Source: an uncultured Rhodomicrobium sp. (lineage in GTDB: Bacteria; Pseudomonadota; Alphaproteobacteria; Rhizobiales; Rhodomicrobiaceae). Taken from it: DNA of 53,097 nt. Under the pieces are notes generated by a model. That model was given only the letters and a program-made list of their open reading frames with translations. It had not been told where the DNA came from and made no database searches. Positions 9,394 through 19,900 of this stretch are shown piece after piece. Numbering within the stretch: the stretch's first letter is position 1; every line of letters starts with the position of its first letter. A program made the position numbers and the translations under genes. The DNA lies in the NCBI GenBank assembly GCA_964498645.1, contig CAZCIF010000003.1, positions 1 to 53,097 of the forward strand, in the 5' to 3' direction.

Positions 9394-10257
9394 ATGGCAG
9401 CACCCCCAATTTTGCGATTCGCGCCGAGTCCAAACGGGCGGCTGCATCTTGGCCACGCCTTTTCAGCGCTATTTACCGCGCGCGCCACCGCATCAATCGG
9501 CGGCACTTTTCTCTTGCGCATCGAAGACATCGATCCCCTGCGCAGCAAACCCGAATTCGACGCCGGCATAAGAGAGGATTTATCCTGGCTCGGCCTCGAT
9601 TGGCCCGAACCTGTACTGCGTCAATCGGCCCGCATGGCGGCCTATGCTGCGGCTGCTGAGACTTTGAAAAAGCGAGATCTTCTTTACCCGTGCTTCTGCT
9701 CGCGGCGCGAAATACCGGGCACGGCTACAACCATCAGTTTCGATGGCGCGCCGGTCTATGCCGGAACCTGCCGTCATCTTTCCAAGGGCGAGGCCGAAGA
9801 AAAGCTGGCGCGCGGCGAACAAGCGCAATGGCGTTTGAACATGGATCGAGCCGCTGCGGAGGCCGGCCCGCTAACGGTGGCGGAGGCCCCCGCTCGCGGT
9901 GCCGATGCGCTATGGGCCGGAACAATCTACCGTCCCGCCGATCCGGCGCGCTGGGGCGATGCCGTTCTTATCCGCAAGGACACACCGGCAAGCTATCACT
10001 TGAGCGCCGTCACTGACGATGCCGCGCAAGGCGTGACGCATGTCACCCGCGGCATGGATCTGTTCGCAGCGGCGGATCTGCACGTCTTGCTGCAGCGCCT
10101 TCTGGACCTGCCCTCGCCGCTCTACTGCCATCACCGGCTGCTTTTGGATGATGAGGGACAGAAACTCGCCAAATCCAGAGGATCGGTAAGCCTGAAAAGT
10201 CTCAGGGATGGCGGAGCCGCCGCTGCGGATGTCCGGCGCATGCTTGGTTTCGAGTAG
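9394..10257 (+). CDS. gluQ: Glutamyl-Q tRNA(Asp) synthetase
   Basis: RFAPSP.G.LHLGH, LRIEDID, YPCFCSR, VTRGMDL, KLAKS; no anticodon-binding domain. Confidence 0.93.
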   Translation: MAAPPILRFAPSPNGRLHLGHAFSALFTARATASIGGTFLLRIEDIDPLRSKPEFDAGIREDLSWLGLDWPEPVLRQSARMAAYAAAAETLKKRDLLYPCFCSRREIPGTATTISFDGAPVYAGTCRHLSKGEAEEKLARGEQAQWRLNMDRAAAEAGPLTVAEAPARGADALWAGTIYRPADPARWGDAVLIRKDTPASYHLSAVTDDAAQGVTHVTRGMDLFAAADLHVLLQRLLDLPSPLYCHHRLLLDDEGQKLAKSRGSVSLKSLRDGGAAAADVRRMLGFE

Positions 10258-10279
10258 TACTGGAGTCCGCACGAAGCAA

Positions 10280-11086
10280 TCACGCACCGGCTTCGGACAG
10301 CAGCCGGTCTACGAGCGGCCGGTAGCCGTCGCCAAACAGCCGGAGGTGAACGAGGGCGGGCCATAGCTGGTAGATAATCAGTCGCTCTTCGTGACCGGGT
10401 TCCAGCGCCCCATAAGTTTCGTAGAATGCGGGAGTGGGCCGGTCGAAGAGCGTCAGCATCGCAATGTCCACCTCGGCATGGCCATAATAGCAAGCCGGAT
10501 CGATGAGCGCGCTCACCCTGTTCTTGGCGGCAAGAACGTTACCGCCCCACAAATCGCCATGCAGCAAGGCAGGCGAGGGTTGCGCCGGCAGCCGGTTTGG
10601 AAGATCCGCTGCGAGCGCCTCGACCCGGCGTGCCAGCGCTGGAGAAAGATGCGGGCCATGCGGAAGCAGCCTGCGCTCCGCGAAGAAGCCCGGCCAATCG
10701 TCCATCCAGCCATTTGCGATAGCAACGGGGCCGAAGGCATAGTCTTCCGCCCAGCCATAGGACTTTCCCTTCGTGGCATGGAGCACCGCGAGCACCGGGC
10801 CCAAGCTCGCCCAGGCTCCGTCAAGCGAACCGCCTGCCGGAACCGCTTCGATGACAAGCGCCTCGCTGCTCACGCCGAGCACTGCGGGCGCCGGTGCTCC
10901 GCTCGCGGCAATGGCTTTAAGCATCGCGGCCTCGGCCATCGGAGCAGGTCCGTTCTTTACGATAGCCTCGCGGCCAGTGGTAAGCGTAATGCGAACGATC
11001 TGAGACAGATTCCCGCCAGAAAGCGGCTCCGCCTTGCGGAGGATGCCGCCAAGCAGCGCGGCACCCGCCTCAGCGAGAGGCGTCAT
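10280..11086 (-). CDS. Fructosamine/ribulosamine kinase family protein
   Basis: PALLHGDLWGGN, LIDPACYYGHAEVD, YQLWPALVHLRLFG. Confidence 0.92.
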   Translation of the reverse strand: MTPLAEAGAALLGGILRKAEPLSGGNLSQIVRITLTTGREAIVKNGPAPMAEAAMLKAIAASGAPAPAVLGVSSEALVIEAVPAGGSLDGAWASLGPVLAVLHATKGKSYGWAEDYAFGPVAIANGWMDDWPGFFAERRLLPHGPHLSPALARRVEALAADLPNRLPAQPSPALLHGDLWGGNVLAAKNRVSALIDPACYYGHAEVDIAMLTLFDRPTPAFYETYGALEPGHEERLIIYQLWPALVHLRLFGDGYRPLVDRLLSEAGA

Positions 11087-11556
11087 CTTCCGTCCACGAT
11101 ACGCCTTGCAAGCCCTTGCGCGCCGATTGTCACGTCCGCCCAGGTCATATCGAAACCGTCATCGCCGCCATAATAGGGATCGGCCACTGCCTCGCCCTTG
11201 CGTCCATCCGCATGGTCAAGCAAAAGGCTGAGTCCGGCCCTCCCATCCACGGGCTTCATCGCATTGAGGGTGGCGAGGTTCTCAAGATCGAGCGCGACGA
11301 TGTGGGTGAAACGGCGGAAATCCTCTTGGCTCACCTGCCGCGCCCGGTAATCGCTGATGTCGATCCCATACCGCTGGGCAACCGCCTGTGCCCGCCGGTC
11401 GGGCGCTTCGCCGGCATGCCAGTTGCCAGTACCCGCGGAGTCGACTTCCACATCGAGGCCGAGACGCTTCATCTCGCGCCGGAATGCCGCTTCGGCGAGC
11501 GGCGAGCGGCAAATGTTGCCAAGGCACACGAATAGGACTGCGAGTTTAGCGGCCAT
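11083..11556 (-). CDS. Low-molecular-weight protein tyrosine phosphatase
   Basis: VLFVCLGNICRS, VDSAGT, DPYY; start placed at ATG 11556; stop overlaps kinase start. Confidence 0.93.
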   Translation of the reverse strand: MAAKLAVLFVCLGNICRSPLAEAAFRREMKRLGLDVEVDSAGTGNWHAGEAPDRRAQAVAQRYGIDISDYRARQVSQEDFRRFTHIVALDLENLATLNAMKPVDGRAGLSLLLDHADGRKGEAVADPYYGGDDGFDMTWADVTIGAQGLARRIVDGR

Positions 11557-11699
11557 CTTTTTTCCCGGTTTCGGGGTGCTGCTGATCTTGGCACCCGTCC
11601 CGTCGTTTAGTCTGGCGCGGCGCCCTGCGTCAAGATGCCCGGTCCTTGACGTGCACAGCAGGCTTCCGGCATCGTCATATCGATCCGCAGGAGGCACCT

Positions 11700-11807
11700 A
11701 TGATGAACGATGGCTGGATGTGGGGAATGGGCTGGGGTCACGCTATCGGAACGCTCCTCGTGGTGCTCGTGATTGCGGCGCTGATCAAATACATCTTTTT
11801 CGATTGA
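11700..11807 (+). CDS. Small single-TM membrane protein, 35 aa (below ORF-track cutoff)
   Basis: AGGAGG at 11689-11694, then MMNDGWMWGMGWGHAIGTLLVVLVIAALIKYIFFD; fits entirely in the intergenic gap. Confidence 0.72.
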   Translation: MMNDGWMWGMGWGHAIGTLLVVLVIAALIKYIFFD

Positions 11808-11833
11808 CCGTTATACTAAGCTCCCGGCCAGAA

Positions 11834-12775
11834 CTATTCCGCAAATTCGCCCCGGCGGGCGGCATGGCGGACTTCCGGCTCGCTCTCCTCGCTTTGCCCG
11901 GCCCGGCGCCTCGCCATGTCGAGAAGCCTCCGGCTCGTCCGGGAGGAAGAAACCGGGCTGTGAACAGGTTTCGGAGCAAGCGCGGCAAGATACTCTTCCT
12001 TCGGCGCGAAGCTTGCGGCAGGCACGATCTGCACGACTTTAAATCCGCTGAGTTTCAAGCCGGAGAGAATGCTGTCGAGGCCGTCCACCGTGACTTTTCT
12101 CGTATCGTGAAATTGGATGACGCCCTTGCCCGTTTCCCGGATTCTGAGGAGCGTTCTGTTGGCGAGCTGTGTCGGCGTGAGGCCCTGCTCGGTATCGCCC
12201 GACGCGATATCGGCGAACCAAAGGCTGACGCCGCGCTCCTTAAGATAGCCAAGGGTGGAGGGAGCCGCACTCGCCGTCCTTGCACGGAAGAAAGGGGCAA
12301 TGGGTGCGCCGGACGTTTTCGCGACCGCAGCAAAGCTTTTCTCGACAGCCGTTTGCGCCCCCTCAACGGAGAGGCTGGCAAAGTCCGGGGATACGGCCCA
12401 GGGACCGGCGGCGAGCGTATGGCCACGCTTTGCCACATCCCGGACGGCGTCCGGATGAGACAAGGCAGCGCTTCCCGTGAAGAAGAATGTAGCTTTCGCG
12501 CAGTGGTGGTCGAGAATATCGAGGATGTATTTGGTGAAAGCCGGGTGCGGGCCTTGGTCGAAGGTTAGCACAACTTCCTTATCGTGCAGATCGAGTGGCG
12601 AAGGCGCGCTGTGCACACCTGGACCGTTCCTTGCTGGGTAAACCGGCCCGTTAGAAGAATCGATAGCCACAACTCGCGAAAGAAAACTGCTTTCCGCGCT
12701 ATAAGTACATTCCGCCGCGCGTGCGCCATCATAAAGCAGAACGGCAATAAACAGCCCAAGTGCCCGAAACAACAT
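11834..12775 (-). CDS. Exported polysaccharide deacetylase (NodB/CE4) family protein with degenerate active site
   Basis: Signal peptide; KEVVLTFDQGP, ILDIL....KATFF, PFFR, IQFHD. Confidence 0.8.
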   Translation of the reverse strand: MLFRALGLFIAVLLYDGARAAECTYSAESSFLSRVVAIDSSNGPVYPARNGPGVHSAPSPLDLHDKEVVLTFDQGPHPAFTKYILDILDHHCAKATFFFTGSAALSHPDAVRDVAKRGHTLAAGPWAVSPDFASLSVEGAQTAVEKSFAAVAKTSGAPIAPFFRARTASAAPSTLGYLKERGVSLWFADIASGDTEQGLTPTQLANRTLLRIRETGKGVIQFHDTRKVTVDGLDSILSGLKLSGFKVVQIVPAASFAPKEEYLAALAPKPVHSPVSSSRTSRRLLDMARRRAGQSEESEPEVRHAARRGEFAE

Positions 12776-12835
12776 ACTAGCCCCCGTAGCAAAACCCCCG
12801 GCAGGCTGCCATGACGGTTCTACTCTTGCCCGGAG

Positions 12836-13849
12836 CTACTCTGCACCGCGCTTTGAGGCCATTGTTTGGTCGCTGGAGGGAGGCGCAAATTTTTGCAGGT
12901 CCAAGTGCTCGGCATAAATCCAGCGGACCGTGCGAGTCGCCGAGCGCATGACAACTGTATGCGTTTCGACCTGGCGGTCGTAAAACTTGACGCCGCTGAG
13001 GAGAGAGCCGTCGGTGACGCCGGTTGCGGCAAAGATAATATCGCCGGAAGCCATATCCGCGGTCGAATATTTGCGTTTGAGATCCTTGATCCCGATGGCC
13101 GCCGCGCGCCGGACATGCTCGTCGTTCAACGCGCTCAAACGGCCCTGAATCTGGCCGCCGATACAGCGAAGCGCCGCTGCGGCCAGCACGCCCTCCGGAG
13201 CGCCGCCCATGCCGAGATAGATATCGATGCCGGTCTCCTCCGGCTCGCAGGTCTGGATAACGCCGGCAATATCTCCGTGGACTATCAGGCTCACCGCGGC
13301 GCCCGCCGCCCGGATTTCCTCGATCAGCCTTGCGTGACGCGGCCTGTCGAGCACGCAGGCGGTGATTTCGGCAACCTGAACGCCCTTTGCCTCAGCGAGC
13401 CTGTGAAGGTTCTCGGACACGGAGTAATCCAAGCTCACGACACCTGCTTCGAAGCCGGGGCCGATCGCAATCTTCTCCATATAGATGTCGGGCGCATGCA
13501 GAAGCCCCCCTCGCCGGGAGACGGCCAAAACCGCCAGCGCCCCCGGCAACGACTTTGCGCACAAGGTCGTGCCTTCGAGAGGATCGACCGCGATATCGGC
13601 CTCGGGCCCGCCACGGCCCATCTCCTCCCCGATATAAAGCATCGGCGCTTCGTCGCGCTCGCCCTCGCCAATCACCACCCGGCCCGAAACCGGCAGTTCG
13701 GCGAGTTCCCGCCGCATGGCGGCAACGGCCGCAAGATCGGCCTGTTTTTCGTCGCCCCGGCCGCGGAGCCGCGCGGCAGCGACGGCCGCCGCTTCGGTAA
13801 CGCGCGCGATCTCCAACGTGCACATCAGGCTATCGGATGGCTCTTGCAT
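12836..13849 (-). CDS. glpX: Class II fructose-1,6-bisphosphatase
   Basis: VVIGEGERDEAPMLYIGE, AVDPLEGT, GGAPEGV, ATGVTDG; start uncertain. Confidence 0.96.
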   Translation of the reverse strand: MQEPSDSLMCTLEIARVTEAAAVAAARLRGRGDEKQADLAAVAAMRRELAELPVSGRVVIGEGERDEAPMLYIGEEMGRGGPEADIAVDPLEGTTLCAKSLPGALAVLAVSRRGGLLHAPDIYMEKIAIGPGFEAGVVSLDYSVSENLHRLAEAKGVQVAEITACVLDRPRHARLIEEIRAAGAAVSLIVHGDIAGVIQTCEPEETGIDIYLGMGGAPEGVLAAAALRCIGGQIQGRLSALNDEHVRRAAAIGIKDLKRKYSTADMASGDIIFAATGVTDGSLLSGVKFYDRQVETHTVVMRSATRTVRWIYAEHLDLQKFAPPSSDQTMASKRGAE

Positions 13850-13896
13850 GAGCGGACCCTCGCGATGATTTCCGGACAAGCTATAGCACCGCCAAG

Positions 13897-15228
13897 CTAG
13901 AGCGCCTCAATCCGGACCATTTGGGGAGCACCTTCAACATGCCCATCCTTGACAATCGAGTCAAGCGCGGCCCGGAGCAGAACTTCCCTGGTGCGGTGCG
14001 TGATCATAACGACAGGAGTCGGATCGCCCTCGTGTCCCGGCTGGCCGAAACCCGGAAGGTCCGGCGCATCGCGCTTTTGCACGACGCTTTCAAGCGAGAT
14101 GCGCTGCTCCGCCATGCGCGTTGCAATGGCAGCAATCGCTCCCGGCCGGTCGTACACGGAAAGACGGATATAATACCCTCCTTCATGGGTCCGCATTTGC
14201 GCGCGTGCCTGGGGCTTAAGCTCTGCGGCGGGCAGAATGAAGGGCGGCCTCATATGGCCGCGCGCGATGTCGATGATATCGCTTGCCACGGACGAGGCCG
14301 TGGGCCGGGCGCCCGCGCCGGGACCGGCAAGGATGATAAGGCCGGCGAAATCGCCCTCGACCGCGACACAGTTCAGCGCACCGTCGACGCCGGCAAGAGC
14401 GCTCGTTTTCGGGATCATGGTTGGAGAGACCCGGGCCTCGATCCCGCTTCCGGTTTTGACGGCCACGGCGAGAAGCTTGATGCGATAGCCAAGCTCGTCA
14501 GCGGCGCCGAAATCCGCAGGCGTAATCCCGCGTATTCCCTCAAGGTGGACGGCCCCGAAATCGGGCTGCACGCCGAATGCGAGCGCAGCAAGTAGCGACA
14601 GCTTGTGGCCGGCATCCTGGCCATCCACGTCGAAAGTGGGGTCGGCCTCCGCATAGCCGAGCGCCTGCGCCTCGGCGAGAACTTCCGCGAAGGGCAAGCC
14701 CTCCCGCTGCATGCGCGTGAGGATATAGTTGCTGGTACCGTTCAGGATACCATAGACACGGGAAATCGAATTGCCGAGCAGGCTTTCGCGCAACGTCTTG
14801 ACGATGGGGATGCCACCTGCAACGGCCGCTTCGAAGTTGAGGGCCACGCCGTTTTTCTCGGCGAGCGCGGCAAGCTCCGGGCCGTGACGCGCAAGCAACG
14901 CCTTATTGGCGGTGACGACATGCTTTCCGGCGGAAAGGGCGGCTATGACGCTTTCGAGAGCTGGGCCGCTGTCGCCGCCCATCAGTTCTACAAAGACGTC
15001 GATATCCCGGTGCGCTGCGAGCGCCGCCGGGTCTTCGAACCAGATGGCCTCTTTTAGGTCGGCCACGCGTTTCTTATGGCGCGAGCGCGCGCAAACGCCC
15101 GTCACCTCAATCGAACGGTTGCACCTTTCGGCAATGGCGGCGCCGTTCTCGTGAAGCAGCGCTAACAGCCCCGAGCCGACCGTTCCTAATCCAGCGATAC
15201 CCAGCCGTAGGGGTGTGTGGGCCTTCAT
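13897..15228 (-). CDS. hom: Homoserine dehydrogenase
   Basis: GLGTVG, VVTANK, EAAVAGGIP, GILNGT, GYAEADP, C-terminal ACT domain. Confidence 0.97.
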   Translation of the reverse strand: MKAHTPLRLGIAGLGTVGSGLLALLHENGAAIAERCNRSIEVTGVCARSRHKKRVADLKEAIWFEDPAALAAHRDIDVFVELMGGDSGPALESVIAALSAGKHVVTANKALLARHGPELAALAEKNGVALNFEAAVAGGIPIVKTLRESLLGNSISRVYGILNGTSNYILTRMQREGLPFAEVLAEAQALGYAEADPTFDVDGQDAGHKLSLLAALAFGVQPDFGAVHLEGIRGITPADFGAADELGYRIKLLAVAVKTGSGIEARVSPTMIPKTSALAGVDGALNCVAVEGDFAGLIILAGPGAGARPTASSVASDIIDIARGHMRPPFILPAAELKPQARAQMRTHEGGYYIRLSVYDRPGAIAAIATRMAEQRISLESVVQKRDAPDLPGFGQPGHEGDPTPVVMITHRTREVLLRAALDSIVKDGHVEGAPQMVRIEAL

Positions 15229-15252
15229 GCAACGTCCCGCCGGTAGTGCCCG

Positions 15253-16479
15253 CTAACGGGCTTGGCCTTGTGCGAACGGTATAACATTATGCAGCACAAC
15301 GTCTGCGGAGGAGAGAAACTTCTTGATGGCGCGTGCGGCCTGCCGGATGCGGTGCTCATTCTCGACGAGCGCGATGCGGACAAATCCCTCTCCGGATTCG
15401 CCAAACCCTAATCCAGGGGCGACTGCGACGCCCGCTTTCTCAAGCAGCAGCTTGGAGAATTCGAGCGAGCCGAGCTGCTCCATGCTGCGCGGTAGCGGCG
15501 CCCAGGCAAACATCGTTCCTGGCGGCGAGGGAATGTGCCAACCCGCACGGCCGAGGCATTCAACAAGGCAATCCCGCCTGCGCTTGTAGATCTGGCGCAT
15601 CTCTTCCACGCATTCCTGCGGGCCGTTGAGGGCAGCAGCGGCAGCAACCTGAATCGGCGTGTAGGCCCCATAGTCGAGATAGGATTTCACGCGGGCAAGC
15701 GCCGCTACAAGCCGCTCATTGCCGACGGCGAAGCCCATGCGCCAGCCCGGCATCGAGTAGGTCTTCGAAAGCGAGGTGAACTCGACGGCGACATCCATGG
15801 CGCCCGGCACCTGCAAAATGGACGGCGGCGGATCGGTATCGAAATAAATCTCGGCATAGGCCAGGTCAGACAGCACGATGAGCTCGTGCTTCTTGGCGTA
15901 ATCCACGACATCGCGGTAGAAATCGAGGCTCGCCATGAGCGCGGTCGGATTGGAGGGATAGCTCAGCACGAGCGCGAGCGGCTTCGGCACGCTGTGCCGG
16001 ATGGCTTTGTCGACCGAGACGAGAAAATCCTGATCCACGCTCGCAGGCAGATGCCGGATGCTCGCCCCCGAAATGATGAACCCGAACTCATGAATCGGAT
16101 AGGTCGGGTTCGGCACAAGGATCAGATCGCCCGGCCCGGTAATCGCCTGCGCCATGTTGGCGAAGCCTTCCTTCGAGCCGAGCGTGGCGACGACCTGCGT
16201 ATCGGGATTGAGCTTCACGCCAAACCGGCGCGCATAGTACGCAGCCTGCGCGCGCCTCAGCCCCGGAATACCGCGCGATGCGGAATAGCGGTTCGTTCGC
16301 GGCTTCGTCACCGTCTCCATCATCTTCTCGACGATGTGCTCGGGCGTCGGCAAATCCGGATTTCCCATGCCGAAGTCGATGATATCTTCACCGCGCGCCC
16401 GGGCCGCTGCCTTGAGCTTGTTCACTTGCTCGAAGACATAAGGCGGCAGGCGTTTGATGCGGTGAAATTCTTCAGCCAT
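15253..16479 (-). CDS. Class I/II PLP aminotransferase (AlaC-like; often annotated LL-DAP aminotransferase)
   Basis: RLPPYVF, DFGMGNPD, SDLAY, SLSKTYSMPGWRMG. Confidence 0.9.
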   Translation of the reverse strand: MAEEFHRIKRLPPYVFEQVNKLKAAARARGEDIIDFGMGNPDLPTPEHIVEKMMETVTKPRTNRYSASRGIPGLRRAQAAYYARRFGVKLNPDTQVVATLGSKEGFANMAQAITGPGDLILVPNPTYPIHEFGFIISGASIRHLPASVDQDFLVSVDKAIRHSVPKPLALVLSYPSNPTALMASLDFYRDVVDYAKKHELIVLSDLAYAEIYFDTDPPPSILQVPGAMDVAVEFTSLSKTYSMPGWRMGFAVGNERLVAALARVKSYLDYGAYTPIQVAAAAALNGPQECVEEMRQIYKRRRDCLVECLGRAGWHIPSPPGTMFAWAPLPRSMEQLGSLEFSKLLLEKAGVAVAPGLGFGESGEGFVRIALVENEHRIRQAARAIKKFLSSADVVLHNVIPFAQGQAR

Positions 16480-16994
16480 GGTCAGGGTGCTTCCCAAAAA
16501 AAGAAAAAATAGACTCGCGCAAGAGCGAAGCGCCCTTCTACCTATAAGGCCGGAGCCGCTTCAATGTCCATGAGGACATGCGGATTGCGAACAAAGTTGG
16601 AGGAAGGTTGCATGCCATGCCGTGCAGCTACGCCCAGGAATGGCGGACAGCGCTCAAGACCGGACCACTGAAGCAACGGCCAAGTCCAAGCCAGCGGAAA
16701 AAGTAGAAATCTGACTTTTTGACTGCCATGCGAGACAAATCAGCGCAGACGAGTTCCTGAACAGCTGCCCGTTTACCATGATTACTTTGTCCGGAGAATG
16801 AATGCTTGCGTAAACACTGACCTAGCATATAAGAAACAGGTATGACAGAACAGTATTGTGCGTGGCTTCTTACCGCCATGCATGGCCTCGAGCCCCGCTG
16901 GTTGCTTAAGGCTTTTTTGAGCCGGGCGCCAGAGCGCCGGGCTTTTGCGCACCCGGTTCCCCGCAGGCCCTTTCTTTCGCGTGAGGCTTAGCCG

Positions 16995-19900
16995 ATGGGT
17001 TGGGAGTCGCTAGTGCCCCGTTATGCGGCCGCGGTACGATCTGGCGTAGGCGGTGCGTTGGGCGGCCGGCTTAAGCGCTGGTTTTCCGCGTCGCGCTTTT
17101 CACGCTGGACCATCGCCGCCCGCATCGCCGCAATTGTGCTGACTTTGGCGGTGCCGCTCAACCTGATTGTCGTGGCTGTGGTTTGGCACCTAGCCGACGC
17201 GGCGAGCGAGGCGCAGCGCAAGAGCCTGCTTTACACGTCCCGCTCGGTGGCGGCTGCGGCCGATGCCGAGCTTGGCAAATATATGGCTCTGGCTCAGTCG
17301 CTGGCCCGCTCTCCAGCCCTGCTTGACGATAACCTCGCGCCGTTCGAGGCCGAGGCACGCCGCGCGTTCGCATCCCTTCCAGACGCCTGGGTCGTGGTCG
17401 CGGACCTCAACGGCCAGCAGCTTATAAATACGGCGAGCCAGCCGGGTCAACCCCTCCCGCCCTCCGATCCGGCCTGTACCACGGCGCAAAAGCGCGCGTT
17501 GGAAACCGGCTCGATCGTCCTCACGGACGTACGGATGTCACCGGTTCTGCAGGACTGGGTCGTGAGTATCGACGTTCCCATTTTCAGGGATGGGCAGCCC
17601 TTACGCGCGCTCGCCATCGTTACGAAGGCGCACTCATTCCTGCGCCTGCTCAGTGATCAGCAGATCCCTAAGAACTGGCTCGCCGGCATTCTCGATAGCC
17701 AAGGCCGCTTCATCGCGCGAGTGCCTGGCGATGCGCGGTACATTGGCCAGCTTGCTCCGCAGGGCTTTCGCAAGGTGAAGGATCGAGACGGCATATTCGA
17801 ATTCGTCTCGATGGAAGGCGACCCTATCGTCGCCGCCAATGCGCATTCGCTGAGCGGATGGCCAGTCGCCATAGCCATCAAGAAAGCCGAACTGCAAGCG
17901 ATGACCTGGAGCACGGTCCGCTGGGCTGCAATCCTGGGGGGCGGACTGTCTGTCCTGAGCCTCCTGTTCGCCTGCGCCATTTCCCGCCGTATTACTGGCC
18001 CGATTACAGAACTTAGGCAGAAGGCCGCTGCGCTGCTGACCGGCCCTGCATGCCCGATGCCGCCAGGCCCGCCCGAAGTCCGCGATCTCTGGGAGGCTCT
18101 GAGACAGGTTGCAACTAACCGCCATCGCAATGAGCAGGCGCTGCGTGAGAGCCGCGAGGACTTGAGCCGGGCGCAGGCCGTCGCCCGCATCGGCAGCTGG
18201 CGCCTCGACGCCAGCCGCAACGAACTCACCTGGTCCACCGAGGCGTTTCATATCTTCGGCGTCTCCCCGGACGAACCGTTGACCTATGAGAGCCTCCTCG
18301 CCTCCGTCCATCCCGACGACCGCGGCCACGTCGATCGCAATTGGAAGGCAGCTCTGGCGGGCGCACCCTACGACCTAGAATACCGTATTGCCGCCGGCGG
18401 GAAAACGAAATGGGTCCACGCGCGGGCTGAGCTGGAACTCGACGCGGCAGGCAAGCTTCTCGGCGGTTTCGGCACTGTGCAAGACATCACAGATATGAAG
18501 CAGGCGGAGGAAGAACTGCTTCGCCAGCGGCACCTGACGCACATGATCGGGGACCGCGCGGCCGATGCCATTTTCCTCACGGACGAGGCAGGCCACATCA
18601 CCTATGCCAATCCGGAGGCGGAAGGAAGCTTTGGATATGAGCGCCGGGAGATGATGGGCAGGGATCTCCACGAACTTCTCCATCACCATTTTGAGGGTGG
18701 CGCGCGATACCCCACAGACGATTGCGTGTTGTCGAGGGTCCAGGAGAAGGGTGCCCCGGTCCGCAATCACGAGGATGTTTTTTACCGCAAGGATGCTTCG
18801 CCGATCGAAGTGTCGTTCTCTTATGCTCCGTTGGAGCAGGATGGCAAGCGGGCCGGCGGGGTCTTCGTCGTGCGGGACATCACTGCGCAGAAAGCGGCTC
18901 AAGCGGCGCTGCGCGAAAGCGAGGAGCGGTTCCGCGGCATCTTCGAGAATGCCGGCACCGGCATTGCCATTGCGGACATGCAAGGCCGGTTCCAGACTTG
19001 CAATCCGGCTTTTTCCGCGATGCTGGGCTACACTGCGGAGGAACTCCGCAAACTTTCTTTCCTAGAAGCCATGCATCCCGAGGATCGCGAAAAGAACCTT
19101 GACGAGATGAGCCGGCTGCTTTCTCAGGAGATAGGTTCGTTTGAGACCTTGAACCGGTGTGTGAGAAAGAGCGGCGAGGCCTTATGGGGACATAAGCGCG
19201 TGTCTCTGGCGCGAGACGCGGCTGGCAAGCCCACCAGCATCATCGTGCTTGTGACCAATATGACGGAGCACAAGCGCGCCGAGGAGCACATCCGCCTGCT
19301 TATGCGGGAGGTGAATCACCGCTCCAAGAACATGCTCGCGCTGGTGCAGTCGGTCGCACGGCAGACCCTTGCGACAAATCCCGACGACTTCATCGCCCGG
19401 TTTGGAGAACGCATTCAAGCGCTGGCTGCCAGCCAGGACCTGCTCGTCAAGAACGAATGGAAGGGTGTGGATCTCGGTGAGGTGGTGCGGTCCCAGCTCG
19501 CTCATTTCCAGGATTTGATCGGCACGCGGATCGACATGCAAGGGCCGCCCGTTTCGATTTCTGCTTCCGCCGCCCAGGCCATCGGCATGGCGCTTCACGA
19601 ACTCGCCACCAATGCGGGCAAGTACGGCGCGCTTTCCACCGATACCGGCGATGTCGAGATGCGCTGGAGCCTGGAGCGTGACGGCGACGGCGACGGCGAG
19701 GAAGATTTCCTGATTACCTGGCGCGAGCGCGGCGGACCGCCGGTCAAGGTACCCGGCCGGCGCGGCTTCGGCTGGACCGTCATGTGCCGCATGATCGAGA
19801 GCAGCCTCGATGCTAGAGTCGATCTTGGTTTTGAAGTCACGGGGCTGACCTGGCGGCTCCAGTGCCCGGCCGGGGAAGTTTTGGAGCACAATCGCCCCGC

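Noticed and set aside
16496-16509. A-rich tract upstream of the aminotransferase
   Set aside because: Interrupted, non-coding and short; no evidence for phase variation
19680-19697. (GACGGC)3 microsatellite in the HWE kinase
   Set aside because: Short, in-frame Asp-Gly repeat in a loop; cannot cause a frameshift-type phase switch
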